Source of the DNA: the human T2T-CHM13v2.0 reference genome, Homo sapiens
Strand: one strand, 5' to 3'
NCBI RefSeq assembly: GCF_009914755.1
Contig: NC_060936.1
DNA length: 64,000 nt
Position 1 is the stretch's first letter, and every line of letters begins with the position of its first letter. A program made the position numbers and the translations under genes. The notes beneath the pieces are model-generated. The model was not told the origin of the DNA, ran no database searches, and saw only the letters and a list, made by a program, of their open reading frames with translations. This document shows, piece by piece, positions 27,801-41,599 of this stretch.

Positions 27801-30214
27801 TTTGAAGTCAGGTAGCGTGATGCCTCCAGCTTTGTTCTTTTTGCTTAGGATTGTCTTGGCTATACGGGCTTTTTCTTGGTTCCATGTGGAATTTAAAGTA
27901 GTTTTTTCTAGTTCTGTGAAGAAACTCAGTGGTAGCTTGATAGGAATAGCATTAAATCTATAAATTACTTTAGGCAGTATGACCACTTTCACGATATTGA
28001 TTCTTCCTATCCATGAGCAAGGAATGATTTTCCATTTGTGTTCTCTCTTATTTCCCTGAGCAGAGCAGTGATTTGTAGTTCTCCTTGAAGAGGTCCTTCA
28101 CATTCCTTGTAAGTTGTGTTCCTAGGTATTGTAATCTCTTTGTAGCAATTGTGAATGGGAGTTCACTCATGATTTGGCTCTTTGTTTGTCTATTGTTGGT
28201 GTACAGGAATGCTTGTGATTTTTTCACATTGATTTTGTATCCTGAGACTTTACTGAAGTTGCTTATCAGCTTAAGGAGATTTTGCACTGAGACGATGGGG
28301 TTTTCTAAATATACAATCATATCCTCTGCAAAGAGAGACATTTTGACTTCCTCTCTTCCTGTTTGAATACTCTTTATTTCTTTCTCTTCCCTGATTGCCC
28401 TGGCAAGAACTTCCAATACTATATTGAATAGGAGTGGTGAGAGAGGGCATCCTTGTCTTGTGCTGGTTTTCAGAAGGAATGGTTCCAGCTTTTGCCCATT
28501 TGGTATGATACTGGCTATGGGTTTGTCATAGATAGCTCTTATTAGTTTGAGATATGTTCCATCAACACCTAGTTTACTGAGTGTTTTTAGCATGAAGCAG
28601 TGTTAAATTTCATCGAAGGCCTTTTCTGCATCTATTGAGATAATCATGTGGTTTTTGTCATTGGTTCTGTTTATATGATGGATTACATTTATTGATTTGC
28701 ATATTGTTGGACCAGCCTTGCATCCCAGGGATGAAGCTGAATTGATCATGGTGGATAAGCTTTTTGATGTGCTGCTGGATTCGGTTTGCCAGTATTTTAT
28801 TGAGGATTTTTGCATTAATGTTCATCAGGGTATTTGCCTGAATTTTTTTTGTGTGTGTTTGTTTTGTGTCTCTGCCAGGTTTTGGAAACAGGATAAGGCT
28901 GGCCTCATAAAATCAGTTAGGGAGTAGCCCCTCTTTTTCTGTTGTTTGGAACAGCTCCAGAAGGAATGGTACCAGCTCCTCTTTGTACCTCTGGTTGAAT
29001 TTGGCTGTGAATCCATCTGGTCCTGGGCTTTTTTTCTTAGTAGGCTATTAATTACTGCCTCAATTTCAGAACTTGTTACTGGTCTATTCAGAGACTCAAC
29101 TTCTTTCTTGTTTAGTCTTGGGAGGGTGTATGTGTCCAGAAATTTATCCATTTCTTCTAGGTTTTCTAGTTTATTTGCATAGAGGTGTTTACAGTATTCT
29201 CTGATGGTAGTTTGTATTTCTGTGGGATCAGTGATGATATCCCCTTTATCATTTTTTATTGCGTCTATTTGATTCTTCTCTCTTTATTAGTCTGGCAAGC
29301 AATCTATCAATTTTGTTAATCTTTTCAAAAAAACAGCTCCTGGATTCATTGATTTTTTTGTAGGGTTTTTTGGGTCTCTATCTCCTTTAGTTCTGCTTTG
29401 ATCTTGGTTATTTCTTGTTTTCTGCTAGCTTTTGAATTTGTTTGCTCTTCTTCTCTAGTTCTTTTAATTGTGATGTTAGGGTGTCGATTTTAGATCTTTC
29501 TCACTTTCTCTTGTGGGCATTTAGTGCTATAAATTTCCCTTTAAACACTGCTTTAGTTGTATCCCAGAGATTCTGGTACATTGTGTCTTTGTTCTCATTG
29601 GTTTCAAAGAACTTTGTTATTTCTGCCTTAATTTCATTATTTACCCAGTAGCTATTCAGAAGCAGGTTGTTCAGTTTCCATGTAGTTGTGCGGTTTTGAG
29701 TGAGTTTCTTAATCCTGAGTTCTAATTTGATTGCACTGTGGTCTGAGAAAATGTTTGTTACGATTTATGTTCTTTTCCATTTGCTGAGGAGTGTTTTACT
29801 TCCAATTATGTGGTCGATTTTAGAAGAAGTGCTACGTGTTGCTGAGAAGAATGTATATTCTGTTGATTTGGGATGGAGAGTTCTGTAGATGTCTGTTAGA
29901 TCCGCTTGGTCCAGAGCTGAGTTCAAGTCCTGAATATATTTGTTAATTTTCTGTCTCATTGATCTAATATTGACAGTGGGGTATTACAGTCTCCCACTAT
30001 TATTGTGTGGGAGTCTAAGTCTCTTTGTAGGTCTCTAAGAATTTGTTTTATGAATCTGGGTGTTCCTGTATTGGGTGCATATATATTTAGTATAGTTAGC
30101 TCTTCTTGTTGCATTGATCCCTTTACCATTATATAGTGCCCTTCTTTATCTTTTCTGATCTTTGTTGGTTTAAAGTCTGTTTTATCAGAAACTAGAATTG
30201 CAATCCCTGCTTTT
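24822..30214 (-). mobile_element. L1PA8-type LINE-1, 5'-truncated in the ORF2 endonuclease region, interrupted at 25517-27061
   Basis: 3' UTR ttttaagccctgcatgcattaggtatttgtcctaatgctctccc; decayed ORF2 pieces in the track ([25 protein letters not shown] at 28048-28593); 16-bp TSD gaactgatt(a/g)tttcct at 24806-24821 and 30215-30230. Confidence 0.93.
25517..27061 (-). mobile_element. Nested L1PA7-type element: about 520 nt of 5' UTR fused to about 1020 nt of 3' end
   Basis: The minus strand begins gattgctggcaagatggtcaaataggaacagctcc (L1 5' end) and ends in an L1PA7-type 3' UTR (acattaggtatttctcctaa). Junction at 26537-26542. TSD tt(g/c)ctgacttttt at 25504-25516 and 27062-27074. Confidence 0.88.
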
Positions 30215-30371
30215 GAACTGATTGTTTCCTAAGGTTCTCATGACAAATGGATTTCACTTCGGCATCTGTTGTTGGGTGTAAACCTTTGCTTGTGGTTATA
30301 GTCTTTCCTATTAATAAATTACAAAGACTTGGACCATGTTCTTTCATTACAGTTATGTAGTTGCTTGTCTC

Positions 30372-30545
30372 AGCAGAGGCAGTATTCAGTAGTGGCTAAG
30401 AGCATAGGCTAATTCTGTTTCTGCCACTTAGTAGCTATGTAACCTTGGAGGTTGTAATATTACCTACCTGTTACTGGGAGAGTTAGAAAGATGTAAATAA
30501 CTTAGAAAAGAGCCTAACATAGTATAAGGGCCCTGTTAGTGATAA
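30372..30545 (+). mobile_element. MIR SINE fragment
   Basis: gtagtggctaagagcataggct...ctgccacttagtagctatgtaaccttgg. Confidence 0.65.
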
Positions 30546-31019
30546 TTTTTATTAATAGCTTTAAAAATGTGAGTTTCTGACAGTAATTTCAGAACTATCG
30601 AAATATGTGGAATTTGACAAGCTATCTGGAGATGGAACTGCTTATTTTATTTGGAGAAGTTTGTAGCTGTTTGCACTGGGTTTATTTTCTGACCTTGGAC
30701 TCCTTTCTTCATCATAAGCCTTTTTCCTTAGAGATTTTACTCAAAAAAGACAATCTTTATGTCTAGAGGAGACAGGCAAAATTACAGACAAATACTGCTT
30801 ATTTTCATCAGGTTTTGTCACCACTATATTGAATATATGTAATGGGTGTATTAATGGGTCTAATCAGTGTCTAATGGGTTGATATGACCTTTGATAATAC
30901 TAGTATGTAACCAATTAGACTTTAAGATGATGTTTTTTAATGAAAAGGGAGTTTGGGGTATTTCTTTTTAGCTAAAACTGGTTTACATATGAAGAACAGT
31001 AACTTGCTCTTTAAGTCCT

Positions 31020-31281
31020 TTTTTATTTTCCTATGTCTTGTTTTTGTAGATTTAGGGGGAAAAGCAGTCTATTACGTGGATATATTGTGTAATGGTAAAG
31101 TCTGGGCTTTCAGTGTAGCTATCACCTGAATAGGGAACATCGTACCCATTAGGTAATTTCTCATCACTCACCCCCTCCCACGTTTCCAAGTCTCCAGTGT
31201 CTGTTATTTCACTCTCGATTCACATGTATACACATTATTTAGTTCCCAATGACAAGTGAGAATGGGCAGTATTTGACTTTC
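31020..31281 (-). mobile_element. L1PB-type 3' end fragment
   Basis: ggatatattgtgtaatggtaaagtctgggctttcagtgta...gtacccattaggtaatttctcatc...aagtgagaat; possible TSD ttaagt(c/a)cttt. Confidence 0.8.
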
Positions 31282-32179
31282 TTAAGTACTTTTAGACTAT
31301 TATATATCTTTCTTAATTTTTGATACTAAGGTATTATAAAAGAATTCTTGAGACTTTAGCAAATATGATAACATTCAAGCAAGCACTGTGGAAAGATATT
31401 AAACATTACACTTTAAGAGTCTACAAACCACTAGCTAAATATTAAAAATTTGATCTCATAGGTTAAAAAAAGTAACTTTTTTCCCCATTGGGTCTACACA
31501 GATTTAAATAACTTGGTTCTCATACCCTGATGTTTTTTGAAATGTATTTATTCAAATCCGTTATGGGGATAAGGGTTTGTAAGGTCTTTCTCTTTAATTC
31601 CAGGGAGATTGGCCTAACTTTACAACTCATCAACAATTCCAAGTTATCAGTTAGCTGCCAAGTTTGCTGCTTTAGACATCAAATAGCCTCTAAAATCCAA
31701 CTCTAAATCTCAGTAGATTTCCTTCTAACCACATCTGAATCATGGTCCACTGTTGTAAAGTGCTGAATTAAATCAACCAGATACTATTTCTGACTCTACT
31801 CCTCACTGTCAAAATGAAACTTCTAGTGGATCAATTAGGGAACATTGATTTTTTTAAAAAAGGCTTTTATTCTAGATAGAACTTATTAAACCACAAGAGT
31901 ATCTCTGTATATTTATATACAGACTTGATCTGTAACTCAGATGGTCCCCCTCCCAACTTTTGCCAGTGTGATGTTGGAATACAATTTGCAGGGAACTGTA
32001 GTCTATTTTAAAAAATGGGCTTCCATGAGTATTCATTGCTTAATGCAAGCAGAAAATACAAACACCATATTTAGAGTGTGCATTTTTTTAAAAGATGCAT
32101 TTCAACATTAGAGACTGCAAAGGGTTTTAAATAAATCTGCTTTGCTTACTTGTAATAATCTGCTGTTAATTATTGTCAA

Positions 32180-32356
32180 TTTTTTTGTTTTTGATTTTTT
32201 GAGATAGGCTCTCACTCTGTCACATAGGCGGGAGGATTGCAGTGGCTCCATCGCAGCTCATTGTAGCTTTGAACTCCTGGGCTCAAAGCAATCCTTCCAC
32301 CTCAGTCTCCTGAGTAGCTAGAAACACAGACATGTGCCAGCACTCTTGGCTAATTT
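32180..32356 (-). mobile_element. AluJ right monomer / FRAM
   Basis: gagataggctctcactctgtc...aactcctgggctcaaagcaatccttccacctcag; single arm only. Confidence 0.85.
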
Positions 32357-33789
32357 GGTTATAGTGTATCTTGAGTAAATCACCTCAATGAGAATTTTAG
32401 GTTACATATAATCCAAATTAGAGAAAAGCTCCTATGCTCTGTGATAGTATTTGCTTAAAAACTCCTTCAAAAGCATTAACAATCTGATCAGATTTGTAAG
32501 TATTTAAAATAGAATTTGTCCAGGAACAAACTAACTACACAAAATGCAGAACACCATTGGCTTGATTCCATATGTTCTATTTCCATTCCAAAAGTGGTGC
32601 TTTTTCCCAGGTGAGCTCTGGTTTTATGTAATGACTGTTTTTATAATGAACTGTCAAAACTAAAATATATAAGTTAATGTTGCTTTAAGATAATCACTAC
32701 ATTAGAGGTTACAAACTTATTCAATAAATGTTGCTACTATTCCAGACATTGTTGTCCTGACTGTTTTTCAATTGCATACAGATTTTGAGTCATACAAGTT
32801 AGCTTTGTAGAATTAAGTTTTTACTAAGTGCAGTATTCCCCAAATTGATTACCAGCCACATTCACCAACTACCTGAATGATTTACCTGTATCCCCAAATT
32901 AAATCCATCTCTAAATAATGAAACTAATTCATGTAACAGTGAGTCAGAGCCTACAGGTAGTTCTGCTTTGGAGCCATACTTATTGCTGACTTTGGAGGCT
33001 TCTATAAGCATAAACATCTTTGCCACTGCCAGATGAGCAGACATCAAAAAGAAAGGCAGAGGTTTGCTGTTTGCTAGATAGGGTGGAAGAAGGAGAGATT
33101 GCATTGGTACTTATTCTCTTACCCCAGTCCTGATTGTTTTCACTTTCCTTCTTTCAAATATGTATTAATGCTATTTCCTAAATTCTCGGAATTGGTTTCA
33201 GGTTTCCTAATGAAATTCCAGCTTTGGGGTGGTAATGAGGTAGTCAAAGTAAGCCTTTGTATCATATGGAACTCTTAGGTGTGAGGAATTGATGACTGTA
33301 GGAAGAGATGGAGTATAAGGTTATTTTTTCTTGTGATGACTGTGTGATTAAACAGTTAAATGAAATAACTAAACAAATATTAATGCCAAATTGTTCTGGT
33401 TCTTGTTGAAAACTCTCACAATCTGGGAATCTGTCTTCATATGATAAACTTGAAGATCTGATGGAGATGCAAACATGTAAATCACAGTGCAAGAGATAAA
33501 TAGCAATAACTATAACAGAAATATCAGAAGGCATTTCATGATTTATTGATAATTTCTATATTTGTTTTGTATTCTACAATTGTTAAAGCATGTCCATGTG
33601 CATCATCTTATTTGCCTTTCAGAAAAACCAGGTACGTGGACTAGATATTATGCTAATTAAACAATGAGAAACAGGCTACAGATTAGGAGACTCATGTGAA
33701 GTGATAATTACTAAATGTAGTACCGGGGCAAAATCAAGATATTTCTAGAAAAAAATAAACCCTAGGATTAAAACTGACATTGTCCAGAA

Positions 33790-34330
33790 GAAAATTTTAG
33801 GTTTTGAAATAGAAGGTGGATCCTGAAGAAGAAAGATACGGGTAGGATACTCTGGAAAAGTAGGAAAATGAGAACCATCAGGCAATAGTCTAGACTGTAA
33901 CTGAGCAATTGATTTTCCCTGGATCAGAAGCTTTATGTGGGGGTGTGTTGATAGAAGATTCCTGGAAAGGTTGTTTGGCGCTAGATCAGTGATTTTTCAC
34001 CTGGGGGTGATTTTGCCCTTCAGGTGACATTTGGCAATGTCTGGAAGACATTTTTGGTTGTCACAACTGGAAGGTGTGAAGTGGTGCTGCTGGCATCTAA
34101 TTGGTAGAAGCCACGATGTTCACAAACATTGTATGATACACAGGTCAGCCCTGCACAGCAAAGGATTATCTGGCCCAAAGCGTCAATAGCGCTGAGGTTG
34201 AGAAACCCTGGTCTAGGTTAAGGAGGGCCAAAAATGTAGATCCAAGAAATTAGAACTTTAATTGTATATGCATTAACGAAGCCATTGAGGTTTTTTTGTT
34301 TTGTTAAGGAGGGAGTGGCTGTGTGCAGTA
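33790..34330 (-). mobile_element. L2 fragment interrupted by MER20
   Basis: ggagggcc...aagaaattagaactttaattgtatatgcattaacgaagccattgaggtttt resembles the antisense L2 body. Confidence 0.4.
33987..34210 (+). mobile_element. MER20 hAT-Charlie MITE, full length
   Basis: cagtgatttttcacctgggggtgattttgccc...gacatttggcaatgtctgg...gctgaggttgagaaaccctg; nnCTAGnn flanks. Confidence 0.9.
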
Positions 34331-34351
34331 GAAGTAGGCCAGAGATGTCTA

Positions 34352-34845
<494 letters not shown>

Positions 34846-37654
34846 TTTTATAGGCAAATCCTTGCTAGGTGTGTGAGATAATGAGAATTCAGCTGCCAGG
34901 AAGATGGAATTGAACAGCAAATGAAAGTTTCTTTCACCTAGATGACTTGGGAGGCCTCCTGTTGCGTGCAGCAGAGCTGAAAGGGCACAGTCAGGCCGCC
35001 CAAGCCTATAAATCACCAAGATGGTTTACAGCAAGGGCAGTCTGTGCTGATGTGATCGATGCTCTCCAAAGCATCAATGGGACATTTATCACTGTGATGA
35101 GATGTGAATGCTGCCAGGGGTCATGAGAATCCTGGATTTATCAGACTATTTTCAATTCTGAATAGCTTCGACAAGTGAGTTTCCACACCCCCAGCCCCAT
35201 TTTTAACCTTCAGATGCACGAGATTTCAAGCCTATGAGCTACACATGATGCAATTTAGAGGGGAACATCTGCTACTTTTGTAATGCTCTCCTAATTGCTT
35301 TTGCAGCCTTTTACTTTTCACCTATGTAATGCTTGTTTCATTCTCCCATTGAGTTTCATGTAATAAAAAGCTGGTCCCTCTCTTCTTTGCTGTTTTGCAT
35401 ATTCCTCTGTAAGACATTCTCATGTGAGAAAGATCATACATTAACAATATAAGGTGTCTGTTGCTTTAATAGAATACTGAGAAATGAAAGATAAATGTCA
35501 GATTGTCATTTGATGGTGTACTCTATCCCAGGATTAATTAATGCATTACTGTGCTTATGCAATACCTATTTGGATGTACTGTCTGGGAAGAATATGATTA
35601 ACATGATGCAAACATCCCCCCGTCTAAAACCTGTAGGTTTTAAGTTATCTGGGACAGGCTACCATTTGCTCTAAGCAAAGACACACATTTGCTATAGCTG
35701 TAAACTGTCTTGAGGGCCAGGAAATATCAAACCTGATAGATTGTTTCAAACTAACTCAATCCTGGAAAAAGGTCAGTCTGCAAAAAAATTTATTTTTCAA
35801 AATCATGTGGCAGAGACTATCTATGTCCTGAGGCATATTCATATTAGCTCCAGGGCCAGGGGATCATCATCTTTTATTAATATTCTTGGTTTTCTGTGGT
35901 TTTCTTTCAAGCCTGGCCAGATTCATCTTCTGGACCAATGCCCATTTGCAACGGGGAGCGGGGCAGGGGGTGTAAACCTATTTTTAGTTTGTTGCATGGA
36001 CTTAGAGTCTTTAAGGGAAAAGAATGTGACTGTTATTCAGGAAGCTATTTTAAACCTTTTTAGTTGAAACATTACTTAAGGAAACCACAAATGCAGTTGG
36101 AAGATGACTTAGAAAAGCATGGAGTATGGTGGGTGACCTCATTTTATTGATTTGCTGCATCAACTCAGAAGAAATATGTTGTAAATACCAAACATTAAAT
36201 ATGAGATAATGCAGAGTTAAACCTAAACGTAGCTATTAGAATGAGAATACTTCTGAATTTCCGTTACTTTCCTTTCTTATTAAATACATATCTGTCATTA
36301 CAAAATATCCTTTAAATGTAAATGTACACTACTGGTTGGATGTTTTTCTTAATAGTATGGCCATGACATGTCCCTCATATTCTGAACATATACATATCAA
36401 TATATATACCTGGAATTTTTTGGTTAGGTTTACATTTTATTTTGTTTGCTACTTTTACTTTCTAATTTTCTAGTTCAATAAATTTAAGTTAATGGTTTAG
36501 ATAAAACCCAAATGTAACCAGTTAGAAATTTATAGGCCCACAATTACTTGGAAAACGTAAGTGAAATTTATATACATTGCATAGCCAATTTTGAGAAGAT
36601 TATTTTTACCTTGAATAGGATTGAAAAAGGCTACACCTTGATCTGGAAAATATAAGTTTGCTATAAGGAAATTTGTCACAAAAAGAAAGTAAACTTGCCT
36701 AGGAGAAGTCTTAAAAATTATTAAGAGACCTGGAGTAATTTTGGTATTTTTCAAAATATTGCTGAAGAGTTCTTTCTGAAGAGAAAAATAACAGAAGAAC
36801 TTTATATAGCACTCAGATCATATTAAATCATATTTAATGTTCTTTGTTACTGAAGTCCTTGGCTTCTATAAGCTTTGGAAACTTTGGTGCTACATAGCAC
36901 TGAAAATGGTTAAATATAGTATTTATGGTAATTTCTATGAAAAGTGAGGTATTTGAACCTTGAACTTGAATGCAGTTTCCAATTATTGAATTATCTTCAT
37001 CTTGCTTAATTTATGATTATAGGCCCTTCTTTGGAAAAGAAACTAGCCAAAAGAGTGTATACTATGTATTTTTTTATTGACTTTGGTTTTGGGTTCTAAA
37101 ATCTAGAATCTTGTGAGAGATCAATATACTTAAACTATGTTGGTCTGTTTGGTTTAAACTATGATAAGATGATCTAAAGCTATTAGGTAACACTTCTGTC
37201 TACATAGACCTTTATGTGTCTTGTAAGAGTCATTAAATGAAAACAAAATTTTAGGCAATTTGTGCCTGTAGAGACTTGATAACTTAGTTATACAATAAAG
37301 TCCAAATTGTCAATATCTCATATTTAACATCCTATCTTTCATAAATAATAGACTTCCCTATCTAATCACTTGCTAAATCATGTTTGAATGTTTGCCAAAG
37401 TATAAGTCAGTTTGAATGAAACACTTTGCCCTTATACTGGCTTGATTTATCTTTGACACACCCTCTCAGTGTTTTTCACTGGGAGAAGATACTATTTTCT
37501 TCCCGTGTATTCAGTTTTATAAACCAGTTTGTGTAAAACAGTTATAGGTTTAATTACTATTGATGGTAATATCAGTCTGAGCTCATACTTGTAATGTCTT
37601 TCTCTATGGCCAGTCAACAGCTGGAGTTGGCCAACATCGCTTTTCACAGGGATG

Positions 37655-38270
37655 GCTATATTTGTTTTCTGTTGATGACGTAACAAATTATGACAAATTA
37701 GGTGACTTAAAACAGCTTGCTTTAATTACCTCAAAGTTCTGCAGGTAGAGATCAAGGTCTAGCGTGGCTCAGCTGGGTTATGTGCTTAGAATCTCAAAAG
37801 GCTGAAATCAGGATGTCAGGTGGGCTGTGTTCTTTTCTAGAGACTCTGGGGATGAGTCTGTTTCCAAGCTCGTTCTTGGCTGTCAGCTGAATTCAGTTGC
37901 TTGCTGTCTGAGGTTGCTCTTTCTTTGCTGGCTGTCAGTTTAGGCCAGTCATTCTGCTGGTGCCTGTCTGCCTTCTTTCACAGGCTTTCCGTGTGTCTTC
38001 ACCCTCTACCCTCAGCAACACTGGGGTAAGTCCTTCTCACATGCCAAATCACTTCACCTGTGTTTGTTTGTTTGTTTTGCCACAACTCTCTGATTCCAGC
38101 CTGAGAAAGTTCTCTGCTTTCAAGGGCTTCTGTGAGTAGATTTGGTCCATTTGGGTAATCTGGAATTATGTCCCTATTTTAAGGGTTTTAACTTGAAAGT
38201 TCCCTTGGCCATGTGACATATTGATAGTTTCCAAGGAGTAGGGCATATGCATCTCTCAATTGCCATTCCA
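37655..38270 (-). mobile_element. MLT1 (MLT1E-like) MaLR LTR
   Basis: gtaacaaattatgacaaattaggtgacttaaaaca...ggctgaaatcaggatgtcagg...gagaaagttctctgctttcaagggc. Confidence 0.75.
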
Positions 38271-38796
38271 TCTCTTAGATTGGCAATAAAAACAAACTAA
38301 AAAACTAGCATAAATTCTCTTTAGTCTCCTGCAATAGCCATTTATTTGTCACTGATCTTTATTTGCTCATTGGATATGTTGGATCATGAAATCCTACAAG
38401 TCTTCTGGATGTTTACACTATGAAAGCTTGAACCTATCTCTACTTTCTTTCCTTCGCTGTCTCTATCCTTTCATCTTCCCTTCCTTATATCATTTTACTT
38501 TTTCTCAAACCTTTTCATTTTCTATTATCTACACACTTTTCTTTGCTTCTGATTTCTGCAGTACTCACATGCAACTCAAGTGATTGTTGACTGGTAACAG
38601 AAACGTTTTTATGTCTCATTTAGCTATAATACTAAACCCAAACTGACATGAGGTAATTTATAGTCCTTACTTCAGTTAATGAGCGTTGTGTGTTTCACTT
38701 GAGGAGTATGAAGTGTCTAATTATAGCATGATGTGCTAACTCCTCAGAGTTGTGCAATATGTGGTATTTGTACCCTACTACCTTTTTAAGATCTGA

Positions 38797-39137
<341 letters not shown>

Positions 39138-40883
39138 TGATCTGATTTCAGTTGTCTTGGATAATGATAGCTTCCCAAGTGCTAGCATCCTGCATTCCAA
39201 GATGTAGCGTATGGTTTTATAATCTTCTTTCCTTCTTTAAGGTGCTAGGTATCAAATAATTATTTGAAATTTAAATGAATCATATTTGACTGTGTTTTGT
39301 TCAAAGTACTTGTGAAAATTGCCCACCCGTTATGCTAATAACACACGTCACTTTGAGAACCAATGTCACAGAGCCCAACCATAGAATTGCAAACTCTAAA
39401 ATTTGTTGCCAAAACTATTGAGAAGCAAAACGTGCATTAACTATGGAAGGGGGAGATATCTTTCAGGGATGTGTCTGGTTTTCAGTTAACAAAAAATTCT
39501 GGGCATTTTTCCAGAGTTTAAATTTACAGAGGCGTTAGCAACACACAAATCTGAAAGTTGGAAGATTATGCTAATTGCGGTGGATTTCCATAAGATACAC
39601 TGGACTTCTCCCATGTAAGATACAAACTGTAGAGGGAAAATTTATTGTGTATATCTAGCAGCCTTGCTAGTTTACTAATTTGTTTAATTTGGTGAGAGTA
39701 AAAATAATGCTTTAACTTACTGTTTCATCTCGAATTTAGCTACTGTTAACACTTCATCTGGTTAATTTCTTCATTTGGTTTTTAGAAAGATAAAGAAAAT
39801 ACTTAAAAAATATACCTATATTTGACTTAAAAGTGGTTAATTTGAACAAAAGTAACAGCATTTATTTTCTGGCAATATTATGCTTTTAATATTTAAACCA
39901 AAAATCTCATACGTTGGAGGAATTACGAGTGTATTGACATTGAGTTAACTATCTCCCAGAATAAGGGGCTGTTGAGAAAATTCCCTGCTCCCACTCCTAT
40001 ACCTTCTGGAACTTTGTCAGATAAACTCCAGGTTAGTTATGTTAGCATAACATAATTCAGGCACTTAAATTTCTATAAGAAGTTATTCAGATCTGGCCCA
40101 GAGAGTGTTGCTTTCCCACCCAGAGGTGTATGCTCAGGGGATGAACATGAGCTGTGAACTTGTAGCTGTTCCTTATTTGTGGTTTACCATGATTATTATT
40201 ATGATTCTTCCTTTATTCCCCTGGGAGTAAAGGGGTGGTGGTAGTGGTGGTGCTGTGGTGGTGTTATGTTTTTTATATATTCTTATTGATTGATTTCTGC
40301 TCTGAAATACTTTTATTTAGATACCAAGGACACATATGAATTAAGATATTCATACTGTGGTAAATGTTTCTTGCCTAAAATATGTCCAATTCAATTTGAT
40401 CAGAATACCAAATCATTTGCAATTCAGTTATAGAACTTCATGATTCTCCTTTTCTCAATTTTTCTCTTTCAGAGGCGGTAAATAGTAAAAGGAGATATAA
40501 ATTTCTTTCTACTTATGCAGTACATTTTCACTTCTTTGGGAGGGGAAAACTTACAGGAATGGAAATTTCTTTATATTCTTTAGCCAGCATGATTTTTATT
40601 ACCTACTAATATTTAAAAATTATTGGAATCAAAATTATCTAATTTCTTTTAAAATATTTATTTACCTTTTTTAATGTTTATCACATGTTTTTGTCCAAAA
40701 AAAAACATATCTTTTAAGCTCCATGATGAGTGTGTTTGGGGTGGGTGAAAATTATGATTCTGGCATTCCATAATTTCATTAATCTTGAAATTACCAAATA
40801 ATTTTAGCCTGTTTTCATGTAATAGATTTTACATTTGATCAGATTCTTCCTCAGGTTTTGAGAACAAAGAATATTGCCTATAT

Positions 40884-41325
40884 CAGCAGTTCTTACCATT
40901 TGGTCTGAGGATCCTTGGAGATCTCCACAATCTTTCTCAGGTCTGTAAGGTCTATGAATCTATGTGAGGCCAGATTATCTTTATTATCCTTCAACCAAAA
41001 CAATACATTTCAGCAGAATCCAGCTGGCTTTTATGAAGCCAGACAGTAAGGAAATTTACAAAGATGCAGAACAATGCCACTCTTCTCACGAATTATTTAT
41101 GGTTTTAAAAATGTTTAAATGTTACATGTTAGAACATAGGTACTTGTGTTCTAAGATGTAATGGCTATGGTAATGTTATTTTAAATGAACTATCAAATAT
41201 TTAAAAAGTGTGTTTTTGTTTTAAGTCTTAATATGTGTTGATAGATATGACACATATAGATCACTGTGGTCCTCAGTTTTTGAGGGTTCACGGGAATTCT
41301 AAGACCAAAAATTTGAGAAGACCTG
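40884..41325 (+). mobile_element. Internally deleted Charlie1-type hAT transposon
   Basis: TIR-like ends cagcagttctta / tttgagaagacctg; internal aagccagaca...aacaatgccactcttctcac of the Charlie1 3' arm. Confidence 0.75.
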
Positions 41326-41599
41326 CCTTATACCCTTTTTATAAGATCTCTTTAACTTTCATGTCAACTATTTTCTTTACGCTATAGCACCTGAGTATTG
41401 GGGGCTTTATAAGGATTTTGTATGTAGATTCTGATACTTATATGAGAAAGCAGAGCATTGTGTCTGATATATTTCCAGCAACATTTAACTAGCTTAAGGG
41501 GTGGTAGTTCTGATGGAGAGATTGATGTAGAATATTGGATCTGAAAGTACTGGAATCATCAATGATTAAAGGAAGTAGAATGGTAAACAACTACACACT

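Noticed and set aside
25056-29959. Long minus-strand ORFs with RT and endonuclease motifs
   Set aside because: These are broken fragments of L1 ORF2 in the L1PA7/8 elements, not independent coding genes.
33623-33631. 9-nt microexon-like motif tttgcctttcag|AAAAACCAG|gtacgt
   Set aside because: It lies within a diverged antisense MIR-like stretch and has no independent support.
35741-36067. 108-aa ORF in unique sequence (likewise 43200-43502)
   Set aside because: No recognisable homology or domain pattern, and the length is within chance expectation. The 35741 ORF also starts at a non-ATG codon.
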